In this document: positions 1-9,228 of the stretch, in pieces | How the letters are laid out: each line of letters begins with the position of its first letter | Position numbering within the stretch: position 1 is the first letter of the stretch | Source of the DNA: a virus | Taxonomy: Duplodnaviria > Caudoviricetes | Virus record (IMG/VR): IMGVR_UViG_3300043633_000063 | Coordinates: 1-48,912 of that record | Length of the DNA: 48,912 bases | Strand: one strand, 5' to 3' | Program-made: the position numbers and the translations under genes | The notes under the pieces: model-generated | Told to the model about the DNA's origin: nothing | Database searches by the model: none | Seen by the model: only the letters and a program-made list of their open reading frames with translations

Positions 1-157
1 CGCGGCCCGGGCGCGCCGGCGCCGGCGCCGCCGCCGCCGGCGAGCGACCTCGACGTGGAGCTCATCGACCATGGCCCCTGGATCAAGCGAAAGGAACCCG
101 ATGCGTGACCGACCAATTCGGCAAGGCGATCCCCGCCCAAAAGGGCGACCGCTACTA
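1..157 (+). repeat. Terminal direct repeat (assembly overlap), left copy
   Basis: 1-157 matches 48756-48912 apart from mismatches at positions 1 and 31. Confidence 0.95.
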
Positions 158-419
158 CTCGGTGATCGTGCCGCGCAATCCGCCAAAGCCGCGCGATCTC
201 ACGCCCGAGGAGCGGGCGGAACGAAAGAAAGCGAGCGAGCGCTTGAGCGCGGCCGCGGCCGCCTATCATGTGAGCCTGCTGGACGCGGGAATGAAAGCCT
301 GGCTCGAACGCGCCAAGCAAAAGTTTCTGCAAGCGGGGGGGTACGGTTGCCGGCTCACGGCCACGGAGGAGGCGGAGATCCGCGCCGCCGGGTTCGAGCC
401 AAAGCCACCCGATCGCTAG
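105..419 (+). CDS. Hypothetical protein, possibly the N-terminal part of the downstream nuclease via a frameshift
   Basis: GTG start overlaps the upstream stop (GTGA); protein-like composition. Confidence 0.6.
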   Translation: MTDQFGKAIPAQKGDRYYSVIVPRNPPKPRDLTPEERAERKKASERLSAAAAAYHVSLLDAGMKAWLERAKQKFLQAGGYGCRLTATEEAEIRAAGFEPKPPDR

Positions 420-910
420 CCGAGCGAGCGTTCGAGCTCGCGTGGCGGATGCTACCGCCGCTCGCCGGCGTCGAGATCGAGACGGAATTCTGGTTTCACC
501 CGACGCGCAAATGGCGGTTCGATTTTGCGTTCGCTCCGTTCAAGGTCGCGGTGGAAATCGACGGCCGCGCGCGCGGCAATGCGGAGCAGCCGGGCCGGCA
601 TCAGCGAGTCGACGGCATCCGGAACGACCTCGAGAAAAGCCGCGCCGCCGTGCTGCGCGGCTGGCATGTGTTGCACTACCCGGCGACGGACAAAGCCGAC
701 GCGCTCGCCTGGGCGCGCGAGGTGCGCGAGCTGCTGCGAATGGTCGACCCGGTGCTCGATCAGTGCGCGGTTTGTGACTGCACTGATTCGGATTGCTCGC
801 AATGCATCGAGCGCACCGGCGAGCCCTGCTACTGGGCACGCGCCGGCCTGTGCTCGGCCTGCGCCGACCGCATGCCTCAACGGGCAGCGAGCACGAAGTC
901 GAAATCCTGA
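401..910 (+). CDS. Vsr/DUF559-like PD-(D/E)xK endonuclease with a C-terminal Cys-rich domain (start uncertain)
   Basis: EFWFHPTRKWRFDFAF...VAVEIDG...RH...NDLEKSRAAVLRGWHVLHY, followed by CxxCxCxxxxC...C...CxxC. Confidence 0.75.
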   Translation, partial: KATRSLAERAFELAWRMLPPLAGVEIETEFWFHPTRKWRFDFAFAPFKVAVEIDGRARGNAEQPGRHQRVDGIRNDLEKSRAAVLRGWHVLHYPATDKADALAWAREVRELLRMVDPVLDQCAVCDCTDSDCSQCIERTGEPCYWARAGLCSACADRMPQRAASTKSKS

Positions 911-1377
911 GGCATCGGCGCCTCGATCGTGCCGTCGCTCTCGGCACACATGACGTAGAGCCCGCCCTTGCCCTCGGGGCAGGCGACGGGATCGTCGATG
1001 TGGCCGTGACGATGCGCGAGCACGTGGCCCATTTCGTGGAGCAGCACCGCGGCTCGCTCGCCGGGGGCGAGGTTGTCGCGGATGCTGATCACGCTGCCGT
1101 GCGCGCAGCCGGCGACGAGCTCGGAAGCGAGCGCGCCGTCGGCCTGTAGGCAGATGGCCCGGAGCTGCTCGGGCGAGACCTCGGTCACCGCGAAGTCGAC
1201 GGGCAGCGGCAAGCCCCACGCGACCTGGGCGGCGTACCCCGTGGCATCGGGTGCGAGCCAAAGGGTGTCTGTAGGCGTGAGGGCGAGAGCCGGGGCCGAG
1301 CTGGTCGCGGGCGCCTCACCGGCGCAGGCGACCAAAGCGGAGGCGGCGAGCAGCAAGGGGGCGATCCAGCGAGTCAT
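877..1377 (-). CDS. Lipoprotein zinc metallopeptidase (matrixin/metzincin-like)
   Basis: Signal peptide with lipobox LVAC; LLHEMGHVLAHRHGH zinc motif; downstream YVMC could be the Met-turn. Confidence 0.75.
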   Translation of the reverse strand: MTRWIAPLLLAASALVACAGEAPATSSAPALALTPTDTLWLAPDATGYAAQVAWGLPLPVDFAVTEVSPEQLRAICLQADGALASELVAGCAHGSVISIRDNLAPGERAAVLLHEMGHVLAHRHGHIDDPVACPEGKGGLYVMCAESDGTIEAPMPQDFDFVLAAR

Positions 1378-1402
1378 GCCCCTATGAACGGCACGCCCGG
1401 CG

Positions 1403-1918
1403 CTACTTTGAATGCTGGAGCCGCGCGCCCAGGCGGGTCACGAGGTGCGCGTACGCGGGCCAGCCGAGGGCCGCCGAGGCGCTCGCGAACGCCAGCACGA
1501 GCGCGAGCACGACACCGGCGCCGGCGACCGCAAGCTCGCGCCGGCGGCCGCCCTGGCCCGGTAGGGGGGGCGGCGCCGGTGCGGCGGCAGCTGCGGGCCT
1601 CGGCAGCCGGGTCGGCAGCCAATCACGGAACGTGGCCAGCTCGACCCGCAGGCCCTCGACGGTGCGCCTGAGCTCGCCGGTGAGCTCGCCGGCGGGCAGC
1701 CATTGCCGGAAGGCGGCCAGCTCGACGCGCAGGCCCTCGACGGCCTGCGCGAGCTCGCCTGTGGGCGCTGCAGCGCCGCTCGCGGCCGCCGGGGGTGGCG
1801 GCAGGGTCGGCGCTTGCAGACCGAGCAGCGTGCCCGCGGGGGGCGTCCGCGTGAGGCGGAAGGGCTCCCGGGGCGTGGGTGGCGGTTCCGGGGGTGGGCT
1901 CCGCATGCTCTCAAGCAT
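1403..1918 (-). CDS. Membrane protein with Pro-rich N-terminus, duplicated helical repeat and C-terminal TM helix
   Basis: ATG at 1918 (MLESMRS); two copies of GELxxxVEGLRVELAxFRxWLP; hydrophobic AVAGAGVVLALVLAFASA. Confidence 0.6.
   Translation of the reverse strand: MLESMRSPPPEPPPTPREPFRLTRTPPAGTLLGLQAPTLPPPPAAASGAAAPTGELAQAVEGLRVELAAFRQWLPAGELTGELRRTVEGLRVELATFRDWLPTRLPRPAAAAAPAPPPLPGQGGRRRELAVAGAGVVLALVLAFASASAALGWPAYAHLVTRLGARLQHSK
1636..1763. repeat. 81-bp-period intragenic direct repeat
   Basis: CCAGCTCGAC(C/G)CGCAGGCCCTCGACGG...GAGCTCGCC at about 1636 and 1717. Confidence 0.8.
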
Positions 1919-1940
1919 GGGGCGCGGCAGCGGCGCCGGC

Positions 1941-1987
1941 AAACGAACCCACAAAAGGAAGGCGCCCCGGGGAAAGCCCCGAGGCGT
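1941..1987 (-). terminator. Probable intrinsic terminator of the late transcript
   Basis: Stem GCCTCGGGG-CTTT-CCCCGGGGC followed on the minus strand by CTTCCTTTTGTGGGTTCGTTT. Confidence 0.5.
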
Positions 1988-2049
1988 TACGTACCGGACA
2001 CCATCTGGATAGCCCGGAGCATGAGGCCAGCCGGGCCCGGCCGTCAAGC

Positions 2050-2553
2050 TCAATTGTCGGGTTTGGGCGGCAGCTTGCGCCAGGGCCAAACGGCGGTCGG
2101 CTTTTGGCCCACGATGAGCGGGAACTCGACCGTCGGCGCCTCGGGATCGAGCACGCGTTCCTCGAGCTCGGCCGCCCGCATTTCGGCCTCATCGGACAAC
2201 GGCACCTCGGTTTTGAGGCGCGAGTCGCTCCAATCGGGCGGCTCGCTCGTCGGCAGCGGCGGAGGCTCGGGCGTGCGCAGCATCGTGCCCGAGCGCACTT
2301 TGGCCGGCGCCGGCATCGGCTCGCGTCGTTGCTTGGCGAGCGAGCGTTGGTAGCGCTGCTCGCGCTGGCTCAGTCGCTGATTTTCAGCGAGCATCCGCAC
2401 GCTGAGGCGCGAGGCCATCAGCTCGCGGCCGAGCCAGATCACGACGGCGAGCTCCGCCAGCACGCCGAGCACGAGCAGGATGATCGTCGTTGCGTCGAGT
2501 AGGTTCGCGGCCTCGGCTGGATCCGGTACCGCAAGGGCTCCGGCGAGATACAT
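2050..2553 (-). CDS. Single-pass membrane protein (holin/spanin-like position in the lysis cassette)
   Basis: N-terminal TM TIILLVLGVLAELAVVIWLG followed by a coiled-coil-like segment; directly downstream of the endolysin. Confidence 0.6.
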   Translation of the reverse strand: MYLAGALAVPDPAEAANLLDATTIILLVLGVLAELAVVIWLGRELMASRLSVRMLAENQRLSQREQRYQRSLAKQRREPMPAPAKVRSGTMLRTPEPPPLPTSEPPDWSDSRLKTEVPLSDEAEMRAAELEERVLDPEAPTVEFPLIVGQKPTAVWPWRKLPPKPDN

Positions 2554-2668
2554 GCCCTAGTGTGCGCCGACTCGGGGAATGTTGCATCGGCCTCGTGTCA
2601 CCTGTGCGGGGGCGTGACGAAATGCCTCGGGCGGCATCGGCGGGGAAACGGCGCGCCCCGCTGCCCGG

Positions 2669-3157
2669 TCACGGTGTCCAGCCGGCCTTCAACGCCACGC
2701 TAGCGACACGGCCGATCCAGTCGAGGCCGAACGTCGCAAAGCCACTCAGGCTCATGTAGTAGCGGCAGCGCTCGACGTTGAATTGCCGACACAAATGCCG
2801 CAGGTCCGCGCGCGCGACGGCCGCGAGGGATTTGGGCCCGAGCTCGCCGTCGTCGTTCACGTGCGCGGCGCGTTGCAGACACTTGATCGACGCGATGCGT
2901 CCGGCGTTGACCGAGTGATCAAACACGAACAAACAGAGCGGCCACGGTAGCCGGTCCGCGCCGCAGGCCGCCCAGAAATCCCGGGCGTAGATTGTCGCGG
3001 CGAGCTCGGGCGTGAGCGAGCGAATGTCCAGGTGTGGGTAGGAGCGTTGCGAGATCCCGAATTTGGTGAGGCCGCCCGGGTCGTGCGGGTTGTCGGCGAG
3101 CCCGCCCTCCTCCTCGAGCAGGATCGGGATCGAGCGATCGAAATTCACTTGGGTCAC
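2669..3157 (-). CDS. Endolysin, glycoside hydrolase family 108 with C-terminal peptidoglycan-binding-like domain
   Basis: EEEGGLADNPHDPGGLTKFGISQRSYP; FDHSVNAG; LQRA...DDGELGPKSL; GTG start at 3157. Confidence 0.9.
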   Translation of the reverse strand: MTQVNFDRSIPILLEEEGGLADNPHDPGGLTKFGISQRSYPHLDIRSLTPELAATIYARDFWAACGADRLPWPLCLFVFDHSVNAGRIASIKCLQRAAHVNDDGELGPKSLAAVARADLRHLCRQFNVERCRYYMSLSGFATFGLDWIGRVASVALKAGWTP

Positions 3158-3159
3158 GT

Positions 3160-5052
3160 TCAGCGCTCCCTTCGGATCGTCAGGTGGTAGGCATGCATCG
3201 AGAGATTTGCGACCCCGGTGTCGAAACGCGCGCGCACCTCGAGGGTTTGATCGACGGTCGTGTCGACGGTCGTTGCAGCGGCCGCCGTCGTCGCCGGGAT
3301 CGGGTCGTGCCGCACGAGCAGCGGGTTTCCGTTCGGCGTTGCCGAGGCGTTGCTGATCGAGTCGTCGACTCGCAAGGTCACCATGGCCGTACCGCCGGCG
3401 CCGAGCGATCGGCATGTGAGCCGGCCCTCGATCCTCGCCGAGCCGAGGTGACCGCTCGTCGTTGTCGTGGCGATCGTGAGCGTGCGTACGACCGCGCCGC
3501 CGACGAGCAGCTCGATGACCACGTTTGACGCGGTCGCCGTCGCGCCGCGCGAGGTGTGGAGCAGGCCGGAAAACAGATACTCCGCGCCGACGTATTGCGA
3601 ATCCTTCGGGACGGTGAGCGCGCCGGCGGTGAGGTTCGTGGTCGCGTTCGTGACCGTTTGCGCCGTCGTCTGAGTCAAATTCAGATTCTGCTGCGGCATC
3701 GGCAGCGCGCCGAACAAGCGCCACCGCTGGCTAATATCGTCGTACATGAAGAACGCGCAGCCCTGCGGCGGGATCTGCAGCGGCAGCTGATTCGGCAGGT
3801 TGAAGCGATTCGCCGCGGCCGAGGCGGTCGACGCTTGGGCGATCGTCAACGTGTCTGATGTGTCGATGTTCTCGATACAGATCAGCTCGCCGTTCGCGCT
3901 ACCGTTCGTGCTCGCGTCGGGCACGATGCCCGTGAGCGTTTGATTGCCCGTGAGCGTGACGCGGATCAGATTCTGCCCGCGGCTCGTGCGCGCGTGGTCG
4001 TTTTCCTGCGCCGTCCAGGTCACGGTATCGACGCCGGTGAAAAACAGCCGGTGATGCGTGTGCACGCAACGCCACCGGCTGTTTGTATAGACCAGCATGA
4101 CCGAATCGTTTTTGTAGAGGCGCAGATCCCGAATGTCGGGCGTCCGGATGCTGGTCACCGCGTTGCCCAGGTTTTCGAGCAGCGTGATTACCGCGGCCGT
4201 CGCCGCATCCCGGTTGTGGACCACGAACCAAAAGCCCTCGCCCTTGGCGGTGAAGCCGTCGATCGTCGCCTCGGTCACGGTATTGAACGTGACGATGCCG
4301 CCCACGTCGAGCGTCGAAATGTCGACCACGCCAAGCGCGCCGGCGGTCGGCGAAATGTTGAGCGTGTTGGGGTTGATCGGGGCCGCCATTTCGAGCCCCG
4401 TATTTGCGGCGTTGACCCGCAGGTATTGCAGCGCGGCCGTACCCGCGAGCGTCGCGACGTTGCCCGTCGCGTTCGTGGGGTTCGCGAGGATCGACTTTGC
4501 GGGAATGGTCACGAGCTTGATCAGCGCGAGCGCGTGGTCGGCGATGCTGCCGATCCCGAATTCCACGACCCGGTAGAGCTCGTACAGCGATCGCCACCAC
4601 CCCGCGTACCGGCGATTATTCAGGACGGCGAGCGGGAAATCGTTCGCGTTCTGCTCGCACAGATCGATCTGATCGGCGCCGGCGTTGAGCAGGGATGCGT
4701 GCCGGCTCGCCCGCTCATTGAGCGCAGGAATGAGCAACTGATTTGCCGGCGTGCGCACGCCAAGGATCCGCCGCTCGATGGGAATGCCGTTGTCGCGCAG
4801 CTCGATTTGCCAACTGCCGTACGTCGCGGCCGTCGGCGAGAATGTCCAGATGTCCGGATCGCCGGTCACCGCGAGCGACGACACCGAGGTCGTATCCTCG
4901 GGCGGCGCCCAGAGCAGGTGGAACGTGCTCGAGCCCGTGCCGCTCACATCCTCGAGCGTCACGAGCGCGCCGGTGGCCAGGCCATCGGTGCGCGAGCGGC
5001 CGGCGACGCCGGCGGACAGCCCGGCTTGGCTGATCTTGATTCGAGCCGTCAT
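3160..5052 (-). CDS. Tail fibre / receptor-binding protein
   Basis: 630 aa, Thr/Ala/Asn-rich and beta-rich; two similar internal modules ending LVYTNSRWR and FMYDDISQRWR; last gene of the tail operon. Confidence 0.7.
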   Translation of the reverse strand: MTARIKISQAGLSAGVAGRSRTDGLATGALVTLEDVSGTGSSTFHLLWAPPEDTTSVSSLAVTGDPDIWTFSPTAATYGSWQIELRDNGIPIERRILGVRTPANQLLIPALNERASRHASLLNAGADQIDLCEQNANDFPLAVLNNRRYAGWWRSLYELYRVVEFGIGSIADHALALIKLVTIPAKSILANPTNATGNVATLAGTAALQYLRVNAANTGLEMAAPINPNTLNISPTAGALGVVDISTLDVGGIVTFNTVTEATIDGFTAKGEGFWFVVHNRDAATAAVITLLENLGNAVTSIRTPDIRDLRLYKNDSVMLVYTNSRWRCVHTHHRLFFTGVDTVTWTAQENDHARTSRGQNLIRVTLTGNQTLTGIVPDASTNGSANGELICIENIDTSDTLTIAQASTASAAANRFNLPNQLPLQIPPQGCAFFMYDDISQRWRLFGALPMPQQNLNLTQTTAQTVTNATTNLTAGALTVPKDSQYVGAEYLFSGLLHTSRGATATASNVVIELLVGGAVVRTLTIATTTTSGHLGSARIEGRLTCRSLGAGGTAMVTLRVDDSISNASATPNGNPLLVRHDPIPATTAAAATTVDTTVDQTLEVRARFDTGVANLSMHAYHLTIRRER

Positions 5053-5056
5053 GTGT

Positions 5057-5830
5057 CTAACTCCCTACTTCCGTGGTACCCATCGGGCCCGATCCAAATC
5101 CCTCGACGCCCGCGAGCTCGAGCGGCTCGATGGGATCAACCAGCAAGATGATCCATTGCTGCGAGGGGCAAATGCTGAGCAGCAATTCCTCGAGCTCGGC
5201 GATCCGCGTGGCATCGACCGGCGCGAGCTCGGGGAACACCTCGCCCGAGAAATACAGAAAGTACGGCCAAAACGCCGGGTCGTCGGGCACCGCCGGCGGC
5301 GCGCGCCGCGTGAGATCCAGGTTCACGATGTAGCCCGGATCGTTGGCGAGGTGATCGTCGCAATGCGGCGCGAGCGGCTGCCCCGGCGCGGGGTTGAAGC
5401 ATTGCCACGGCGAGCTCGATTCGCACTGGTAGACGCCGAGCAGCGGGCGGCGTGTGTACAGGCGAGGATCGAGCGAGACGAACGGCGGCCCGCTGCTCCA
5501 GAACTCGTGAATGAAAACGGTCGTGAAGCCAGCGGCTTGGACGACGCTTTGCAGGTAGTCCGGCGATTGCCCCCCCTGCGCGCGCCACGCTGCCGCGAGG
5601 CGCAGCCGGCGATCGGCCTCGGTGCCCGTGCCGGGCAGCGCAAACTCGGTCTCCCACGCGGGCAGCTCGCGCGTGCTCGGCGGGAATAGATCGAGGTAAG
5701 CGAGGTCGATGAAGGTGCGAACGTCGCCCGCAAAGGCCGCGAGGCCCTGCAAGTAGCGCCGCAGGCTCGTCGCGATCGTCGTGCGCCAGGCAAGCGCGCG
5801 CGGCAGTAGATGCTTGAACGTTGAGAACAT
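5057..5830 (-). CDS. Baseplate wedge protein, Mu gp48/YmfQ(DUF2313)-like
   Basis: FKHLLPRALAW...ELPAWETEFALP...RRLRLAAAWRAQGGQSPDYLQ. Confidence 0.8.
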   Translation of the reverse strand: MFSTFKHLLPRALAWRTTIATSLRRYLQGLAAFAGDVRTFIDLAYLDLFPPSTRELPAWETEFALPGTGTEADRRLRLAAAWRAQGGQSPDYLQSVVQAAGFTTVFIHEFWSSGPPFVSLDPRLYTRRPLLGVYQCESSSPWQCFNPAPGQPLAPHCDDHLANDPGYIVNLDLTRRAPPAVPDDPAFWPYFLYFSGEVFPELAPVDATRIAELEELLLSICPSQQWIILLVDPIEPLELAGVEGFGSGPMGTTEVGS

Positions 5831-5839
5831 GCGTGCGCG

Positions 5840-7078
5840 TTACGTGCCGAGTTGCATCGTCGAGTAGAGCTCGCCACTGATGCTCGAGAACAAACGCCCC
5901 TGCGCCAGGCCGAACGAATTGAGCGCGCGGCTTTTGTAGAACGCCCGGTTAGACCAGGTCAGGCCGCCGTCGCGGCTCATGACGGCGACGGTTCCACTGC
6001 TGAACGTCACGAGGCACACGAGCACGTTGAAAAAATTGTCGACCAGGATCCGCGCCTTGCTGGTCGGCGTGACCCCGAACACGATCGTCGAGAGCAGCTG
6101 CCAATTGAGCGTCGAGTCCGTCGAGCAGATCCGCACGAACCCGGGCGAGGCGGTGAGCGCGCCGGCGTGCCAGATCGTCGTGCCCCCGTTGCCGTCGATC
6201 CAGCCGCTGTCTGCATAGTCGGCGGGGTTCGGCACCGTCGGCGCGACCGCCCAGGATGTACCGCCATTGGTCGAGCGCGAGATCGCCACCGCGCTCGATC
6301 CATCGAGCCCGCACGCGAGGGTGTCGCCGTTTGAGAAATTCGCGAGGCCGCCTTGCGCACTATTTAGCGTCGTCGCTGCATTCGTCCAGACGGACGCAGC
6401 ATCGACGTCCTGCGCGACGTTGACGCCGGCGGCGAATGAAACCATGAACCGGCTTTGCACCGAGTTGTAGATGATGCGATCGGGCGTCGCGCCGAGGTCG
6501 GATCCGGCGCTCCAGGCGGCACCAAAGTTTGTCGAGAAGCAACACCGGTTCCCCCCCGTGCCGATCACGACGGTGCGGCCCGAGGTGATCGCGATGTCCG
6601 TCACGAGGGAAGTGATCGAGGTGATCGTGCCGATGCCCCCTTGCCCCGCGTCGTCCGACTCGCTGAAGCGGTGCACATCGCTCGCGCCCGACTTGACGAT
6701 GATGAGCGTGCCGTTGGATTGCCGGGCGATGCCGAGCGAGGCCGCCGTGTCCGCGTAGGGGTTCGCGTCGTCGATCAGCCGCAGCTGCAAGAGCGCGAGA
6801 TCGAGCCGCGCGAACGAGGTCGCGGCGCTCGCGTTCGCAATGGCTTGCACGGCCTGTAGGTACTGGCTCGCGCCGACCTCATCGGGCGAGCCACTCGGTG
6901 TGATCACCGCGGTCGCGAGCAGCGATTGCAGAAAGCCCCATAGGTCGTTGACCCAATCGCGCTCGAGTGGCGTGCCCGAGCCATCCTGGAAAGTCACCGC
7001 GTTGCGTGCCTTGCCCTGCGGATAGGCGGCCGAGACGTCCGTTTGTGCGGCGTATCGAGCGCCGGGGATGAGTGCCAT
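5840..7078 (-). CDS. Tail fibre/spike with BNR/Asp-box beta-propeller-like C-terminus
   Basis: N-terminal fibre anchor GTPLERDWVNDLWGFLQSLL...GSPDEVGASQYLQA; Asp-boxes STNFGAAW, SRSTNGGTSW, SRDGGLTW. Confidence 0.75.
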   Translation of the reverse strand: MALIPGARYAAQTDVSAAYPQGKARNAVTFQDGSGTPLERDWVNDLWGFLQSLLATAVITPSGSPDEVGASQYLQAVQAIANASAATSFARLDLALLQLRLIDDANPYADTAASLGIARQSNGTLIIVKSGASDVHRFSESDDAGQGGIGTITSITSLVTDIAITSGRTVVIGTGGNRCCFSTNFGAAWSAGSDLGATPDRIIYNSVQSRFMVSFAAGVNVAQDVDAASVWTNAATTLNSAQGGLANFSNGDTLACGLDGSSAVAISRSTNGGTSWAVAPTVPNPADYADSGWIDGNGGTTIWHAGALTASPGFVRICSTDSTLNWQLLSTIVFGVTPTSKARILVDNFFNVLVCLVTFSSGTVAVMSRDGGLTWSNRAFYKSRALNSFGLAQGRLFSSISGELYSTMQLGT

Positions 7079-7090
7079 TTCGTTGCCCTC

Positions 7091-8293
7091 TCAGATGGGA
7101 GTGATAGTTCCGAGCTTCGCGAGCTCGCCGCGCGTGAGCGTGTATTCCAAGATCACGATGCCGAGCCGGCGCAGCGTCACCGAGGCCACCGTCGCGCCGC
7201 TCGATTCGGCGACTTCGTTGACGACGCCGGCGACCGCGCCTTGCGTGACGCGGTCGAGTCGCGGCAGCGCCGAAAGCCCGACGATGAATGGCTCGCGCGT
7301 GCGCAGGAACTCATCGACGCCGAGCTCGATCGAGGCGAGCACCGCCACCGGATCGACGGCGTCAAAGCCGGTGATGTCCACGTCGAACCCGGTGCGCGTG
7401 ATCGCCAGCACGTTGACCGCGGCGTTCGCGGGGCGACGGTTCGCGAGACCCGTCGGCGGGGGCGCCTCGGACGGATCAAAATCGATGTACGCGCGCACCT
7501 GGGTGAGCTGCGATCCATCGGGGATGCCGTCGGGCCCGGACTCGGCCTCGACGTAGACATCGACCTGCCCGGGCAGGTTGCCCGTATACGGGAACACGTT
7601 GCGGATGCCCGCGAGCTCGGTGCCCCATGCCCGATAGTCGGCATAGGCGCCGCCCTGCGGGCGCCGTTGGAAACGCCGCAGCACGCGCGCGCGGTAGACG
7701 TCCTCGCTCTCGCCGTCGGCGCCGACGACCGCCGAGCCCGTGACCGTGGCATTCGTCGCGACGTGCGGGGGCGAGCCCGCGAACTGCAAGATCTGCCCGG
7801 GCTCCAGATTGCCGATCGTGCCCGAGCCGTCGCCGTTGTCTTGGTCCGAGCTCGCTAGCGCCGTGACCGTGATCGTCGGCGACGAGAGCGGAACGGCGGC
7901 CGTCGTCAGATAGACCACGCCCGTCGGCGCGTAGAGCAGCTGCGTCCCACCGGGCAGCGAGCCCACCATGCTCAGCACGGTCACCGAGAGCGTGAGCTGC
8001 GCTTGGGTCGCGGGCAGCGGGTCGCCGACGCCGACGAGCCTGCCCCATTCCACGAGCGGGCGGAGGATCTGCCCGTTGACCTCGGTTTCCTCGAACGAGG
8101 CCGAGCTGACAAACTGCTGGAGCAGCGAGAAACCAGCGTATTTGTAGAGCACGACGTAGACGGCCGCGATCACTTTGGCGAGGACGCGGCTGAACGATTT
8201 CGGCAGCAGCGGGATCGTCTGAGAGATCGCCGTTTCGAGCTGGCCGATCACGTTGTTCGCGATCGCCTGCGTCGTGGGTGTCACTAGAGCCAT
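7091..8293 (-). CDS. Baseplate J / Mu gp47-like protein
   Basis: GADGESEDVYRARVLRRFQRRPQGGAYADYRAW; PGQVDVYV. Confidence 0.92.
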   Translation of the reverse strand: MALVTPTTQAIANNVIGQLETAISQTIPLLPKSFSRVLAKVIAAVYVVLYKYAGFSLLQQFVSSASFEETEVNGQILRPLVEWGRLVGVGDPLPATQAQLTLSVTVLSMVGSLPGGTQLLYAPTGVVYLTTAAVPLSSPTITVTALASSDQDNGDGSGTIGNLEPGQILQFAGSPPHVATNATVTGSAVVGADGESEDVYRARVLRRFQRRPQGGAYADYRAWGTELAGIRNVFPYTGNLPGQVDVYVEAESGPDGIPDGSQLTQVRAYIDFDPSEAPPPTGLANRRPANAAVNVLAITRTGFDVDITGFDAVDPVAVLASIELGVDEFLRTREPFIVGLSALPRLDRVTQGAVAGVVNEVAESSGATVASVTLRRLGIVILEYTLTRGELAKLGTITPI

Positions 8294-8300
8294 TGTTGCC

Positions 8301-8717
8301 TCATCCGAAAAAGAGCTCGATGCGCTGCCCGTCGGCGGTGATGATCACGAGCCCGATGCGCACGCGACCCGCCGACGGGATCGTCGCCTCGACGGTGATG
8401 CTTTGGGCGAGCTTGTCGTCGAGCATCCACTGCAAGTCGCGCGCGGCGGCCTGCTCGATGCGCCGCAGGTTGAACGGCACGGCGGGCAGCCCGCGGATGA
8501 GATACTGCGTCTCGCTGCGGTAGGCGCGGTCGACCTCGACATCGAGCAGGTTGCCCCACCACTGCAGCGTCACGTCCGTTTCGCCCGGGTCGTCCTCGTT
8601 CCCGCCGAACAACGACAGATAGGCCGCGGTCTCGAGGCCCTCGCTCAAAAGCACGAGCCCGGCCTGTAGCGTGATGTCTCCGCCGTCGTTGGTTTGCCGC
8701 AGCAGGACGTCCGTCAA
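8301..8717 (-). CDS. Baseplate protein, Mu gp46-like
   Basis: GLETAAYLSLFGG...WWGN...DLQWMLD; TTG start at 8717. Confidence 0.85.
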   Translation of the reverse strand: MTDVLLRQTNDGGDITLQAGLVLLSEGLETAAYLSLFGGNEDDPGETDVTLQWWGNLLDVEVDRAYRSETQYLIRGLPAVPFNLRRIEQAAARDLQWMLDDKLAQSITVEATIPSAGRVRIGLVIITADGQRIELFFG

Positions 8718-8721
8718 AGCA

Positions 8722-9162
8722 TCAGCTCCAGGGAACCAGGGTGTTGGGGGGCGCGACGAGCGTTGCGGTGCCCGTGCGAAACCACGCATCGAGCAGCGAC
8801 GCGAACGCCGCGGCCGCGGCCGCATGCGTCGGCCGTGTGACGGCGAGCAGGGATGCGACGTTGAGCGGCGCCGGCGGTGGCACCCCCGCGAACGTCGGCA
8901 GCATGCCGCCGGCAAGGGTCACCGCGAACGCCGCGAACGCCGCGTCGAAGGGCGAGGCCGCCGAGGGAGATGCGAACGCCGAGGCGAGCGAGCTCGCGAG
9001 CGCAGCGACGCCGGCCGCTACCGTCGTCGAGGCCGGCACGACCCCTGCGGCGTAGCCGTTGACGGCGTCCGCCCACGCCTGCGCGCAGGCTGCCCGCGTC
9101 GCCGGCGGCGAGGCAAACAGCGATTGCAGGTCGCTCTGTAGCGAGGCGGGATTCAGTGGCAT
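8722..9162 (-). CDS. Hypothetical baseplate-region protein
   Basis: Ala-rich 146-aa ORF in the baseplate operon, between the spike and gp46 genes. Confidence 0.7.
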   Translation of the reverse strand: MPLNPASLQSDLQSLFASPPATRAACAQAWADAVNGYAAGVVPASTTVAAGVAALASSLASAFASPSAASPFDAAFAAFAVTLAGGMLPTFAGVPPPAPLNVASLLAVTRPTHAAAAAAFASLLDAWFRTGTATLVAPPNTLVPWS

Positions 9163-9211
9163 CAGCTACTTGGCGCAAGGCGATAAGTTCAAAATCTGCT
9201 CGAAATGTTCA

Positions 9212-9227
9212 CGTTTCGCGTGAAACG
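9212..9227. promoter_or_regulatory. parS-like palindrome
   Basis: CGTTTCGCGTGAAACG versus consensus TGTTTCACGTGAAACA, located in an intergenic gap. Confidence 0.4.
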
Positions 9228-9228
9228 T

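Noticed and set aside
1-157. Biological terminal repeat
   Set aside because: The repeat falls within genes and a cos-like site exists elsewhere; it is best explained as circular assembly overlap
2554-2668. Hairpins between the endolysin and the membrane gene
   Set aside because: Short GC-rich stems expected by chance; no recognisable motif
3160-7078. Diversity-generating retroelement or invertible tail-fibre cassette
   Set aside because: No reverse transcriptase, serine invertase, TR/VR pair or inverted crossover sites were seen
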